The notes under the pieces are model-generated. The model did not search any database. It worked only from the letters and a program-made list of their open reading frames with translations, and was not told the origin of the DNA. 45,829 nucleotides of DNA from Candidatus Culexmicrobium thermophilum (GTDB taxonomy: Archaea; Thermoproteota; Methanomethylicia; Culexarchaeales; B10-G16), in NCBI GenBank assembly GCA_025061095.1, contig JANZKB010000002.1:1-45829 (forward strand). Reading direction: 5' to 3'. This document shows positions 9,233 to 19,083 of the stretch, in pieces (the first letter of the stretch is position 1; each line of letters opens with the position of its first letter). A program made the translations under genes and the position numbers.

Positions 9233-10958
9233 AACTTTTCCCCCTGAAGTTGCCACTGCTATTAGGAAGCATGCTCTTCTAAATGCATACAGACATAGAG
9301 GTGAAGCCAAGGTTAGCCCTGTTCTGTCAAAAGTTCTCTTTGAACTTCCAGCTTTCAAATCCAGAGTTAAAGAACTTCTCCCATTAGTTAAGGAGATCGT
9401 CGAGGAGGTTAACTCTTTAAGCATGGAGGAGCAATATAATATTTTAAGCTCTAATTGGCCTGAGCTCTTAGAGGTTGAGAGGAAACAGGAGGTTAAAGGG
9501 CTTCCTCCACTTCCAAACGTCGATAAATTTGAGATGGTTAGAACGAGATTTGCACCTAACCCCGACGCTCCCCTTCACCTTGGAAGCGCTAGACCCATAA
9601 TTTTATGCTATGAATATGCAAAGATGTATAATGGACATTTCATATTGCGTTTCGAAGATACTGATCCCAAAACTAAGAGGCCTCTTCCATATGTTTATGA
9701 TTGGATTAGAGAGGATATTCTATGGCTCGGCGCCAAGTGGGATGAAGAATATATTCAATCGGATAGGATTCCCATCTACTATAATCATATAAAGCGTCTA
9801 TTTGAGCTTGGTGGAGCCTATGTCTGCACCTGTAGCCGTGAAAAATTTAGAAAATATAAGATGGCTGGAACTCCATGTCCATGTAGATCTAGAACTGTTG
9901 AAGAGAATTTAGAGCTCTGGGAGAAAATGGTTGAAGGTTTAATGGTTGAAGGTTCCGCTGTGGTTAGGGTTAAAACAGATATGTCGCATCCCAATCCAGC
10001 TATCAGAGACTGGGTTGCTTTCAGAATAATCGATGTTGAAAAGTGGCCTCATCCAAGAGTTGGAGATAAGTTTTGGGTTTGGCCCACATATAACTTTGCT
10101 TGTGCAATAGATGACCATGAACTGAAAATTTCACATATTTTAAGGGGTAAGGAACATATGAGCAACACGGTTAAACAGAAATATATTTATCAATACTTTG
10201 GCTGGAGCTTTCCTGAAGCAATCCATTTCGGCAGGTTGAAGTTGAAGGGATGGGTTCTAAGTAAATCGAAAATTGCTGATGGTATTAGACGCGGCCTATT
10301 TAAATCTTGGGATGATCCTCGACTAGGCACTCTTCGCGCTTTAAGGAGGAGAGGTTTTCTACCTGAAGCTATAAGGGAGATAATTATCCAAGTAGGTGTA
10401 AAACCTATAGAATCTTCTATTTCTCTTGAAAATCTCTACTCTATTAATAGAAGTTTAATCGAACCGTTAGCCAGTAGATATTCATTCATAAGTGATCCAG
10501 TTAAACTTAAAATTACCGGATTGAAGAAAACCGTTACAGCTAGAATTCCTTTACATCCAAGTTTTCCTGAAAAAGGGTTCAGAGAGATACATTTAAAACC
10601 TGAGGCTAATTCAATTTTAGTCTACATTTCAGGTTCAGATGCAAGTTCAATGAAGATTGGCGAAACATATAGGCTTATGGGCTTTCTCAACTTTAAAGTT
10701 GAAAGTTTAAATGATGAGGTTAAGGGCAGTTTTCAAGGCTTCACACTATCACCTAAAATTAGGATCATCCATTGGCTTCCATTGGATCGCATTGTCAAGG
10801 CAAGAATAATTATGCCCGACGCCTCAATTGTTGAAGGCTTCTGTGATTATGACTGTAAGAGGCTGAAGATTGATGATAAAGTTCAATTCATCAGGTTTGG
10901 ATATGTTAGAGTTGACGATGTCAATGAACCCTTAACCTTTTATTATACGCATCCATAG
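9225..10958 (+). CDS. gltX: Glutamyl-tRNA synthetase (archaeal/eukaryotic type)
   Basis: Class I HIGH-type motif (PLHLGSARP) and KMSKS-type motif (VLSKSK). 577 aa. FAPNPDAPLH and WPTYNFACAIDDH motifs are typical of GluRS. Confidence 0.9.
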   Translation: MNKTFPPEVATAIRKHALLNAYRHRGEAKVSPVLSKVLFELPAFKSRVKELLPLVKEIVEEVNSLSMEEQYNILSSNWPELLEVERKQEVKGLPPLPNVDKFEMVRTRFAPNPDAPLHLGSARPIILCYEYAKMYNGHFILRFEDTDPKTKRPLPYVYDWIREDILWLGAKWDEEYIQSDRIPIYYNHIKRLFELGGAYVCTCSREKFRKYKMAGTPCPCRSRTVEENLELWEKMVEGLMVEGSAVVRVKTDMSHPNPAIRDWVAFRIIDVEKWPHPRVGDKFWVWPTYNFACAIDDHELKISHILRGKEHMSNTVKQKYIYQYFGWSFPEAIHFGRLKLKGWVLSKSKIADGIRRGLFKSWDDPRLGTLRALRRRGFLPEAIREIIIQVGVKPIESSISLENLYSINRSLIEPLASRYSFISDPVKLKITGLKKTVTARIPLHPSFPEKGFREIHLKPEANSILVYISGSDASSMKIGETYRLMGFLNFKVESLNDEVKGSFQGFTLSPKIRIIHWLPLDRIVKARIIMPDASIVEGFCDYDCKRLKIDDKVQFIRFGYVRVDDVNEPLTFYYTHP

Positions 10959-11026
10959 TCGGAAAATTTAAAAATATGAATTCTCATTTTATGTTGCATG
11001 ATTCGATGAATTTAGAGGTGAGATGA

Positions 11027-11437
11027 ATGTCTAAACCTTTCTATGTTAGGTTTGAAGTTCCCTCAGAACTTGCTGAGAAAAGTTGTGAAGCCTTACAGAT
11101 TGCAAGGGATACTGGCAAGATTAGAAAGGGAACTAATGAAACCACGAAGGCTGTGGAGAGGGGATTAGCAAAACTAGTCTTAATAGCTGAGGATGTGGAC
11201 CCACCTGAAATAGTGGCCCATCTACCATTACTCTGCGATGAAAGAAAGATTCCATATGTCTATGTTCCAAGCAAGGTGACTTTAGGCCGTTCTGCTGGAA
11301 TAGATGTTGCAGCAGCCTCTGCATGTATAGTTGATCCCGGCGATGCTGCCCAACTGATTGAAGAGATAGTTAATGAAGTGAATAAGATTAGAGCTGGAGG
11401 CGTGGAAAAACCTTCAAGCAGGAAGGAAAAGAAGTAA
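11027..11437 (+). CDS. rpl7ae: 50S ribosomal protein L7Ae (K-turn binding)
   Basis: [37 protein letters not shown] motif block. GAGGTGA RBS lies before the ATG. Confidence 0.9.
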   Translation: MSKPFYVRFEVPSELAEKSCEALQIARDTGKIRKGTNETTKAVERGLAKLVLIAEDVDPPEIVAHLPLLCDERKIPYVYVPSKVTLGRSAGIDVAAASACIVDPGDAAQLIEEIVNEVNKIRAGGVEKPSSRKEKK

Positions 11438-11446
11438 ATTCAGTAA

Positions 11447-11707
<261 letters not shown>

Positions 11708-11721
11708 TGGGGGATTAAAGG

Positions 11722-11919
11722 TTGAGTTTACGGGTTAAACGCTGCAGTTTCTGCGGTTCAATCATACCGAAAGGTTTAGGTTTAATTTACGTTAAGAGTG
11801 ATGGCTCAATTCTCTACTTCTGTTCAAGTAAATGTAAGAAGAGTATGTTGAAACTTCGCCGTAAACCCCATAAGGTTAGATGGGTTAGAAAGCTTCATAA
11901 ATCTAAAGCTTCCAAATAA
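11722..11919 (+). CDS. rpl24e: 50S ribosomal protein L24e
   Basis: CSFCGSIIPKG...YFCSSKC zinc-ribbon pattern. Conserved L7Ae-S28e-L24e order. Confidence 0.9.
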   Translation: MSLRVKRCSFCGSIIPKGLGLIYVKSDGSILYFCSSKCKKSMLKLRRKPHKVRWVRKLHKSKASK

Positions 11920-11942
11920 CAGTATAATTTAAAAATTTTAGT

Positions 11943-11956
11943 TTATTATTTCATCT
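11943..11956 (+). promoter_or_regulatory. TATA-like promoter motif TTATTATTTCATCT before ndk
   Basis: Ends 11 nt before the ATG at 11968. The spacing fits a leaderless or very short-leader transcript. Confidence 0.35.
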
Positions 11957-11967
11957 ACGGGTTTTAA

Positions 11968-12417
11968 ATGAAAGTTGAGCGGACTTTCCTAATGGTTAAA
12001 CCTGATGGAGTTGCTAGGGGACTTATAGGTGAAGTTCTCTCAAGAATTGAGAGGAAAGGTTTGAAGATCGCTGCATTGAAGATGATTCGGGTTTCAAGGG
12101 ATGCTGCTGAAAAACTCTATGCTGTTCATAGAGGTAAACCATTCTTCGAAAAGCTCATAGACCATGTAACTTCAGGACCTGTTGTCGTGGCGGTTGTGGA
12201 GGGTAGAAATGCTGTGGAAGCTGTCAGAACATTGATCGGTGATACCTGTTCATATAAGGCTAAGCCTGGAAGTATTAGAGGAGATTTTGGATTGGATGTT
12301 ACAATGAATATTGTCCATGCAGCCGACTCTGAGGCGGTTGCTGGAAGAGAGTTAAGCATCTTCTTCAACGATGATGAAATATTCAATTATTCTCGTGGAT
12401 GTGAACGTTGGATATAA
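11968..12417 (+). CDS. ndk: Nucleoside diphosphate kinase
   Basis: ERTFLMVKPDGV start, GSIRGDF, and the NIVHAADS active-site His region. Confidence 0.9.
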   Translation: MKVERTFLMVKPDGVARGLIGEVLSRIERKGLKIAALKMIRVSRDAAEKLYAVHRGKPFFEKLIDHVTSGPVVVAVVEGRNAVEAVRTLIGDTCSYKAKPGSIRGDFGLDVTMNIVHAADSEAVAGRELSIFFNDDEIFNYSRGCERWI

Positions 12418-12478
12418 TTGCAGGAAACTTTTTTACATAATTTTACATCTAATATTTTGGCTTCTCGGAGGGTTACAT

Positions 12479-14269
12479 TTGTCTAGAGATGAGCGAATAA
12501 GGCAGCCTATAGTATGCGTTTTAGGCCATGTAGATGTAGGTAAAACTGCACTTCTAGATAGAATTAGAGGAACAGCTGTCCTTTTAAGGGAACCTGGCAC
12601 TATGACTCAACATATAGGTGCAAGTTTTATTCCTTGGAATGTTTTAAGAAATATTTGCGGCCCCCTTCTCAAATCCATTAAGGGTAATATTCAAATTCCA
12701 GGCCTTCTCTTCATAGATACTCCTGGACATGAAGCCTTCGTGAATTTGAGAAGGAGAGGTGGATCAATAGCCGACATAGCCATATTGGTTATCGATATTA
12801 CTGAAGGCTTTGAAAATCAAACCTACGAAGCCGTTGAGATTTTAAGGTCTAGGAGAACTCCATTTCTAGTGGCTGCAAACAAGATTGATCGAATTCCAGG
12901 TTGGAAGCCTATTGAAAATGCTTCATTTCTTGAAAGCCTTAAAAGACAGAGCAGCCTCGTGGTTAGAAGGCTCAACGAACTCATCCAAAACATAATCTAT
13001 GAATTTTACAAGTTCGGCTTCTCCTCCGACAGGTTTGATAGAATTAAAGATTTCTCAAAAACCGTCGCCATAGTTCCCACAAGCGCCAAAACTGGTGAAG
13101 GTCTCCCGGAACTTTTAATGGTTTTAGCAGGCTTAACCCAGAGATTTATGGCTGAAAGGTTAAGGTTCACTTCAGGTCCAGCTAAAGGCGTAGTTTTAGA
13201 GGTTAGAGAGGAACCTGGACTCGGCTTAACGTTGGATGTGATAATATATGATGGTGTGATTAGACGCGGCGATCTCATAGTTGTAGGAGGATTGGAAAAG
13301 CCCATTGTCAGCAGGGTTAGAGCTCTACTTTTACCTAAACCCTTAGATGAAATGCGTTCACCTGAAGATAAATTTATGAATGTAGGTGAGGTTTCAGCTG
13401 CAGCGGGAGTCAAAATTGTCGCTCCAAATCTTGAGGGTGCTGTAGCTGGAGCACCCATCCAAGTTGTAGACGACTACAGTAAGATCGAAACCATCATGAA
13501 ATCCATTTCGGAGGAGGTTTCATCTCTAAGGCTTTCAAGGAAGATTTCAGGCATAATACTTAAAACGGATACGTTAGGTTCTCTTGAAGCCCTAGTGGAT
13601 TATCTTGAAAGGCTTAAGATTCCTGTCAGATTTGCCGATGTAGGTCCAGTTTCAAAGAGAGATGTTTTGGAGGCTTCCATAGTCAGAGAGTCCGATCCAT
13701 ATAGAGGAGTAATCTTAGCATTTAATGTTAAAATTCTTCCAGATGCATTGGAGATGGCTGAAAGATTAGGCATTAAAGTGTTCAGTGATGCCATAATTTA
13801 TCGGCTTATCGAAGCATATCAGAAATGGTATGAAGAATCCGTTAGAAGAGAACGGGAAGTGAAGTTTGCTTCTCTCATTAAACCTGGAAAGATAAGAATT
13901 CTTCCCGGATATATTTTTAGGAGGAGTGATCCGGCAATAGTTGGAGTCGAAGTTTTGGCCGGAAGAATCATGTCCGGATACAAGTTGATAAGATCTGATG
14001 GGAGATTTGTTGGAGAGATCATGCAAATCCAAGATAAAGGCGTCAATATTGGCGAGGCCTTTAAAGGGCAAAATGTTGCAGTATCCATTAAAGGAAACAT
14101 AATGGTGGGAAGACATATAAAGGAGGGTGATATTCTCTACGTAAATGTGCCTGAAGAACATGTTAGCGTGCTGCTTAGGGAGTTTAAAGACTCCCTCTCA
14201 GAGGATGAGATTATATTATTAAAGGAGCTTTCGCAAATTAGGAGGGGGAGGAGAATTCAACATGCCTGA
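12479..14269 (+). CDS. infB: Translation initiation factor aIF5B (IF-2 homologue)
   Basis: G motifs GHVDVGKT, DTPGHEAF and ANKIDR. TTG at 12479 sits 7 nt after GGAGGG and gives ~596 aa. The ORF-track start at 12371 lies inside ndk. Confidence 0.85.
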   Translation: MSRDERIRQPIVCVLGHVDVGKTALLDRIRGTAVLLREPGTMTQHIGASFIPWNVLRNICGPLLKSIKGNIQIPGLLFIDTPGHEAFVNLRRRGGSIADIAILVIDITEGFENQTYEAVEILRSRRTPFLVAANKIDRIPGWKPIENASFLESLKRQSSLVVRRLNELIQNIIYEFYKFGFSSDRFDRIKDFSKTVAIVPTSAKTGEGLPELLMVLAGLTQRFMAERLRFTSGPAKGVVLEVREEPGLGLTLDVIIYDGVIRRGDLIVVGGLEKPIVSRVRALLLPKPLDEMRSPEDKFMNVGEVSAAAGVKIVAPNLEGAVAGAPIQVVDDYSKIETIMKSISEEVSSLRLSRKISGIILKTDTLGSLEALVDYLERLKIPVRFADVGPVSKRDVLEASIVRESDPYRGVILAFNVKILPDALEMAERLGIKVFSDAIIYRLIEAYQKWYEESVRREREVKFASLIKPGKIRILPGYIFRRSDPAIVGVEVLAGRIMSGYKLIRSDGRFVGEIMQIQDKGVNIGEAFKGQNVAVSIKGNIMVGRHIKEGDILYVNVPEEHVSVLLREFKDSLSEDEIILLKELSQIRRGRRIQHA

Positions 14270-14648
14270 ATTCAGATTGGTGGTTAGCGATCCGAAATCC
14301 GGTATGGCTAAAAGGATCGTAGTCAAAGATCCAGCATCCTATAGTCTGATAGGTTTAAGGATCGGTGAAATAGTCGACGGATCCATCATAGGCCTTGAAA
14401 ACGTTAAGCTTAAAATCACTGGAGGTTCAGATCTAGCAGGCTTCCCTATGGTTCCATATCTACCTGGCGGAAGAAAATATAGGCTTCTACTCTCCGGGAA
14501 ACCTGGATTCAAACCCAGAGAGAAGGGTTTGAGGAAACGTGTGATGGTTAGAGGTAACACTATAACAGAGGATATAGTTCAAGTTAACATGGTGGTTGTG
14601 GAGGGGGATTTGAAGTTTGAGTCTGGAGAGGGAGAAGAGAAAAACTGA
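14262..14648 (+). CDS. rps6e: 30S ribosomal protein S6e
   Basis: FRLVVSDPKSG start and KITGGSDLAGFPM motif. Overlaps the infB end by 8 nt. Confidence 0.85.
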   Translation: MPEFRLVVSDPKSGMAKRIVVKDPASYSLIGLRIGEIVDGSIIGLENVKLKITGGSDLAGFPMVPYLPGGRKYRLLLSGKPGFKPREKGLRKRVMVRGNTITEDIVQVNMVVVEGDLKFESGEGEEKN

Positions 14649-14652
14649 ATCT

Positions 14653-15888
14653 GTGGAGGAGTATAGGCAGCCGGAATGCAATATCGGCACTGCTGGCCAT
14701 GTAGATCACGGCAAGACAACTCTTGTTCAAGCCTTAACCGGCATATGGGCTGCAAGACACAGCGAAGAGCTTAAAAGAGGTTTAACCCTCAAGCTTGGCT
14801 ATGCTGATGCGGCTATCAGAAAATGCCCTAAATGTCCTCCTCCACAATGCTATACAACTGATTCTGTCTGCAAGTTTTGCGGGTCGAAAACCGAACTTTT
14901 AAGAAGAGTTTCCTTTGTCGATTGCCCTGGACATGAAATGTTAATGGCCACCATGCTTTCAGGAGCAACTCTAATGGATGGAGCGCTTCTAGTCATCGAT
15001 GCAACTCAACGTTGTCCTCAACCTCAAACCAGGGAACATTTGATTGCATTAGAGATCATAGGCGTTAAAAATATAGTTATAGTTCAAAATAAGGTTGAAG
15101 TTTCATCTCGAGAAAGAGTTATCGAAAACTATAAGGAGGTTTTAAGCTTCGTTAAAGGAACAGTTGCTGAGGGAGCTCCGATAATTCCCATTTCAGCGCT
15201 ACATAAAGTGAATATTGATATTCTGCTCCAGGCAATCGAAGAATATATTCCAACCCCTAAGAGAGATGAATCTAAACCTGCAAGAATGTATGTGGCAAGA
15301 TCTTTCGATATAAATAAGCCGGGAACTTCTCCAAAGGATCTTAAAGGAGGTGTTCTTGGAGGTTCAATAATTCAGGGTAAAATTTCTCTTGGCGATGAGA
15401 TCGAAATAAGACCGGGCTTCCGCGTGGAGAGAATGGGAAAAGTGGAATATCAGCCATTGTTCAGCAAGGTTGTAAGCTTGAAGGCTGGCAACTTCCCAGT
15501 GAAGGTAGCTAAGCCGGGAGGCTTAGTCGGTGTAGGTACACTTCTCGATCCATCTTTAACTAAGGCTGATGCTCTCGTTGGAAATGTGGTTGGACATCCA
15601 GATACCCTTCCTCCTCTCTGGTATGATTTTAGCTTTGAATTTCACCTTTTAGAGTGGGTTGTCGGCTTAAAGGAACCTCAAAGAGTTACTCCTTTAAGGC
15701 TTAAAGAACCTTTAATGATCAATGTGGGAACTGCAACTACTCTTGGTTTTGTCGACTCCCTTTCTAGGGGTGAAGCCCACGTCTCCCTTAGAAGACCTGT
15801 ATGTGCAGAGGTGAATGCAAGAATTGCTATTAGCAGGAGGATTGGAGGTAGATGGCGGCTAATAGGTTACGGTTTTATTAGAGGGTGA
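14653..15888 (+). CDS. eif2g: Translation initiation factor aIF2 gamma subunit
   Basis: QPECNIGTAGHVDHGKTT, DCPGHE, QNKVE and the zinc-knuckle CPKC...CKFCG. GTG at 14653 follows the S6e stop; the ORF track allows 14617. Confidence 0.9.
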   Translation: MEEYRQPECNIGTAGHVDHGKTTLVQALTGIWAARHSEELKRGLTLKLGYADAAIRKCPKCPPPQCYTTDSVCKFCGSKTELLRRVSFVDCPGHEMLMATMLSGATLMDGALLVIDATQRCPQPQTREHLIALEIIGVKNIVIVQNKVEVSSRERVIENYKEVLSFVKGTVAEGAPIIPISALHKVNIDILLQAIEEYIPTPKRDESKPARMYVARSFDINKPGTSPKDLKGGVLGGSIIQGKISLGDEIEIRPGFRVERMGKVEYQPLFSKVVSLKAGNFPVKVAKPGGLVGVGTLLDPSLTKADALVGNVVGHPDTLPPLWYDFSFEFHLLEWVVGLKEPQRVTPLRLKEPLMINVGTATTLGFVDSLSRGEAHVSLRRPVCAEVNARIAISRRIGGRWRLIGYGFIRG

Positions 15889-15892
15889 AACT

Positions 15893-16300
15893 TTGTTTAA
15901 AGAAAAGTTGAACATAATTTTGGATAGTAGTATAGTATTGCTCTCTGTTGAGAAAAGGTTTGATTTATTCGATGAAATTGGAAGAGTCCTAAATAGATCA
16001 TATAACTGTATAGTTCTCACCCAGGTTTTCGACGAGATTAAACATCTTGCTGAACAGGGAAATGTAAGGGAGAGAAGGCTTGGAAGATTGGCTTTAGAGC
16101 TTATTAGGAGATGTAGATTTGTCGAATATGAGTTTCCTGGAGATGCCGATCAAGCTATAATTGATTATGCTAGAAAGAATAAAGTTGTAGTGGCTACTAA
16201 CGATCTACAGTTGCGGAGATGTCTTAGAAGGGTAGGAGTTCCCGTCATTTATGTTAGGGGATTTGATCATTTAGATATTGATGGTGATATATATTGGTAA
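15893..16300 (+). CDS. PIN-domain nuclease, Fcf1/Utp24-like
   Basis: ILDSS..., VVATNDLQLRRCLRRVGVPVIYVR C-terminal block typical of Fcf1-like PIN proteins. Conserved slot between aIF2gamma and rpoE. Confidence 0.7.
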   Translation: MFKEKLNIILDSSIVLLSVEKRFDLFDEIGRVLNRSYNCIVLTQVFDEIKHLAEQGNVRERRLGRLALELIRRCRFVEYEFPGDADQAIIDYARKNKVVVATNDLQLRRCLRRVGVPVIYVRGFDHLDIDGDIYW

Positions 16301-16378
16301 ATGATTTCTACGATAACTTTTTATTGTTATTAGAGGGATTTCATCCAGCTCTATTATGCATTTAATGGAGGTTTATCC

Positions 16379-16936
16379 ATGTATTATGTTGCAAAGGTTG
16401 AAGATGTTGTTAGAATACCTCCTGAAAGATTCGGTGAACCGTTGGAAACTGTTGCCTCAGAACTGGTTAGATCCAAATATGAAGGGTTGATATTTCCTGA
16501 ACTTGGAATCATAGTTGCAGTTTCAAATGTTAAAGTTTCCGAGGTGGGCCGAATAGTTCCCGGAGATGGAGCTACATATCATGATGTGGTTTTCGATGCT
16601 CTCGCCTTCCTTCCAGTAATACAGGAGGTAGTGGAGGGGGAGATCGTTGAGATAACGGATTTCGGCGCATTTATGAGGCTTGGCCCAATAGATGGTCTCA
16701 TCCATGTTTCCCAAGTTATGGATGACTATCTCGTCTACGATAAGAGGCGAGGTGCTTTAATGGGTAGAGAGTCTAACAGAATCCTTCAGGAAGGGGATTT
16801 AGTTAGGGCAAGAATTGTAACTGTCAGTCTGTCCTCTAGAGGTGTAAAGGTCGGTTTAACTATGCGTCAACCCTTCCTCGGCGCGCTCAGCTGGATAGAG
16901 GAGGATTTAAAGAAGATGGAGGAGAAGGTGAAATAG
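16379..16936 (+). CDS. rpoE: DNA-directed RNA polymerase subunit E' (Rpo7), S1 domain
   Basis: N-terminal MYY..V.D.VRIPPERFG, then an S1 fold (GEIVEITDFGAFMRLGPIDGLIHVSQ). Confidence 0.85.
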   Translation: MYYVAKVEDVVRIPPERFGEPLETVASELVRSKYEGLIFPELGIIVAVSNVKVSEVGRIVPGDGATYHDVVFDALAFLPVIQEVVEGEIVEITDFGAFMRLGPIDGLIHVSQVMDDYLVYDKRRGALMGRESNRILQEGDLVRARIVTVSLSSRGVKVGLTMRQPFLGALSWIEEDLKKMEEKVK

Positions 16937-16937
16937 C

Positions 16938-17141
16938 TTGTCTAGAAGAGGATTACCCTTCAAAGCTTGTAGAAACTGTCATCTACTCGTGGAGGAGGAT
17001 GTGAAGATCTGTCCTCAATGCGGATCAAAAGATTTCTCTGATGATTGGAGAGGCCTAGTCATACTTTTAAATATCAACTGTGAGACAGGTAGAATTATGG
17101 GTAAAAAGGAAGCTGGAAAATATGCAATTGAAGTTCACTGA
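16938..17141 (+). CDS. spt4: Transcription elongation factor Spt4 (RpoE'')
   Basis: 67 aa zinc ribbon CRNCHLL...CPQCGS followed by W.G. Immediately follows rpoE. Confidence 0.8.
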   Translation: MSRRGLPFKACRNCHLLVEEDVKICPQCGSKDFSDDWRGLVILLNINCETGRIMGKKEAGKYAIEVH

Positions 17142-17694
17142 GCATGGTTTTCCTGTTAAAAAGCTGATTTTGGATAGGCGTTTCATAAAGGAGTTTAGGA
17201 ATCCTCCAGGCCTTCTTCTAAAAGGCAGGTTAACGGAAATTCTCAAAGCTTTTTCTAAAATTTTAGATGAAGTTAACCCAGTTAAATTGATCTCTGTAGG
17301 TGACTATGTAACCTCCTTTTTGCTGAATTACAATTTCAATTTAAATTTGGCAGTTGTGGATTTCAAAGTTGAACGTGAAAGCTACCGATATTCTATTCCC
17401 CAAAATTATTTTAAAAACATCTTTAAGATTTATAATCCTCCTGGAAGCATATCTTCCGATTCCTGGCTGACCATTCAATATGCCATGGCATTGAATGATG
17501 CCTCAATAATTTTGGTGGAAGGAGAGGAGGATCTATTGGCGCTTCCCTGCGTTTTATGTGCTCCCCTCAACTCCATCGTAGTATTTGGAGTTCCAGGAGA
17601 GGGTATGATGATAGTTCGAGTTGATGCTGCTGCAAGAAAGGTTGGTTTCAGAATGCTCACATTCTTCTCTCCCCACTTCACAATTTCTGAATAA
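17122..17694 (+). CDS. DUF359 family protein, GTP-dependent dephospho-CoA kinase-like
   Basis: SVGDYVTSFLL and VEGEEDLLALPCVL motifs of DUF359. ATG at 17122 preferred (20 nt overlap with spt4). Conserved slot before S24e. Confidence 0.7.
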   Translation: MQLKFTEHGFPVKKLILDRRFIKEFRNPPGLLLKGRLTEILKAFSKILDEVNPVKLISVGDYVTSFLLNYNFNLNLAVVDFKVERESYRYSIPQNYFKNIFKIYNPPGSISSDSWLTIQYAMALNDASIILVEGEEDLLALPCVLCAPLNSIVVFGVPGEGMMIVRVDAAARKVGFRMLTFFSPHFTISE

Positions 17695-17760
17695 GTTTAA
17701 CATATGTTGAGCGGTAAGTTAATTATGCCGATTTTATCTTTATGATTTGCGTGGTGGTAA

Positions 17761-18069
17761 ATGATGAGTGAGGCTTTAACCGTCGAAGTTATCGGTAAAA
17801 AGAGGAATGACCTTTTAGATCGGCTTGAAATCGATGTAGTCATACATCACATGAAGGAGGGTACACCCTCCAGGTTGAAGTTGAGAGAGATCATAGCTTC
17901 CCAATTGAAGGTTCCTGTAGACTGTGTAATTGTGAGGAGGATATTATCTGAGTATGGACTCTCCACCAGTAAGGCCCGTATCCACGTTTATTCCTCTAAG
18001 GAGAGAGCCTTATCCATTGAACCTGAATATATAATTAAGAGGAATTTTGCCTCTGAAGAGAAAGAATAA
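17761..18069 (+). CDS. rps24e: 30S ribosomal protein S24e
   Basis: 102 aa. N.LL.R.E....I.H...GTPSR..LRE pattern and a C-terminal EP.YI.KRN pattern. Confidence 0.85.
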   Translation: MMSEALTVEVIGKKRNDLLDRLEIDVVIHHMKEGTPSRLKLREIIASQLKVPVDCVIVRRILSEYGLSTSKARIHVYSSKERALSIEPEYIIKRNFASEEKE

Positions 18070-18087
18070 TCTTGAGGTTTCAATGGA

Positions 18088-19083
18088 ATGATTGTTCTTG
18101 GAATTGAGTGCACCGCCCACACTTTTGGATGCGGAATCGTGGATTCGGATGGCCATGTTTTGGCAAATGTAAACTCAGAATATGTTCCAATTACAGGTGG
18201 TATCCATCCACGTGAAGCTGCACGCCACCATTCCTCTATTGCACCTAAAGTCTTGGCTGAAGCATTCAAGAAGAGCGATATTTCAATGGACGATGTAGAT
18301 GGTATAGCTGTCTCACTTGGTCCAGGGTTAGGTCCCTGTTTGAGAACTGGAGCTACAGTTGCAAGGGCTTTGGCCGCCTATTATGATAAGCCCCTTATAC
18401 CCGTCAATCATTGTGTAGCCCATATTGAGATCGCCAAGATGATCTGCAAATCTCTAGATCCACTTGTAGTCTATATCTCCGGCGGCAACACTATAGTTGC
18501 AGCCTTCTCCTCCGGCCGATATAGAATATTCGGCGAAACCTTAGATATAGCTTTAGGTAACTGTTTAGATGTCTTTGCAAGGGAAGCCGGTTTATCTCAT
18601 CCCGGCGGTCCACATATAGAGCGTTTAGCTTTGAAAGGCAACAGATATATTCAACTACCATATGTGGTTAAAGGTCAAGATGTTTCATTTTCAGGTCTTC
18701 TAACTGCTGCTATAAGAAGATTAAAGGAAGGGTATAGATTGGAGGATTTATGTTTCAGCCTTCAGGAAACTGCTTTCTCCATGATATGCGAGGTAGCTGA
18801 GAGAGCTCTATCACATACTATGAAACATGAACTTCTCTTAACTGGCGGTGTAGCTGCAAATAAGCGGCTTAGAAGCATGCTCTCCAAGGTGGCTGAACTT
18901 CACGAAGCAACTTTCAAACCTGTACCACTACAATATGCTAGAGATAATGGAGCGATGATTGCTTGGACTGGAATTCTCGGACTTCAATTTGGATTGATCT
19001 TAAATGTGGAGAAGAGTTATGTTCGTCCTAGATGGCGTTTAGACTCTGTGGATATTCCCTGGTTTAGAGAGGGTTTCCCTTGA
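18088..19083 (+). CDS. kae1: tRNA N6-adenosine threonylcarbamoyltransferase Kae1 (KEOPS)
   Basis: MIVLGIECTAHTFG start, metal-binding VNHCVAHIE, SGGNT, and LTGGVAANKRLR. Confidence 0.9.
   Translation: MIVLGIECTAHTFGCGIVDSDGHVLANVNSEYVPITGGIHPREAARHHSSIAPKVLAEAFKKSDISMDDVDGIAVSLGPGLGPCLRTGATVARALAAYYDKPLIPVNHCVAHIEIAKMICKSLDPLVVYISGGNTIVAAFSSGRYRIFGETLDIALGNCLDVFAREAGLSHPGGPHIERLALKGNRYIQLPYVVKGQDVSFSGLLTAAIRRLKEGYRLEDLCFSLQETAFSMICEVAERALSHTMKHELLLTGGVAANKRLRSMLSKVAELHEATFKPVPLQYARDNGAMIAWTGILGLQFGLILNVEKSYVRPRWRLDSVDIPWFREGFP

Noticed and set aside
10985-11026. Possible K-turn in the L7Ae 5' leader (L7Ae autoregulation is reported in some archaea). The leader contains several UGA/GA elements (GCATGATTCGATGAATTTAGAGGTGAGATGAATG).
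   Set aside because: I could not draw a convincing C-stem / 3-nt bulge / tandem G-A arrangement by hand. It needs a proper fold or covariance search.
12371-12478. Upstream in-frame extensions of several ORF-track entries (12371, 7651, 8651, 17080, 14617, 26598-26699) considered as real N-termini
   Set aside because: Each extension overlaps the preceding or divergent gene. Each is followed by an internal start with an RBS that gives the canonical family N-terminus, so I trimmed them in the feature list.
13006-13458. 150-aa - strand ORF, plus other antisense ORFs inside infB (13600-14161)
   Set aside because: They lie inside the aIF5B coding region on the opposite strand and have no independent support.
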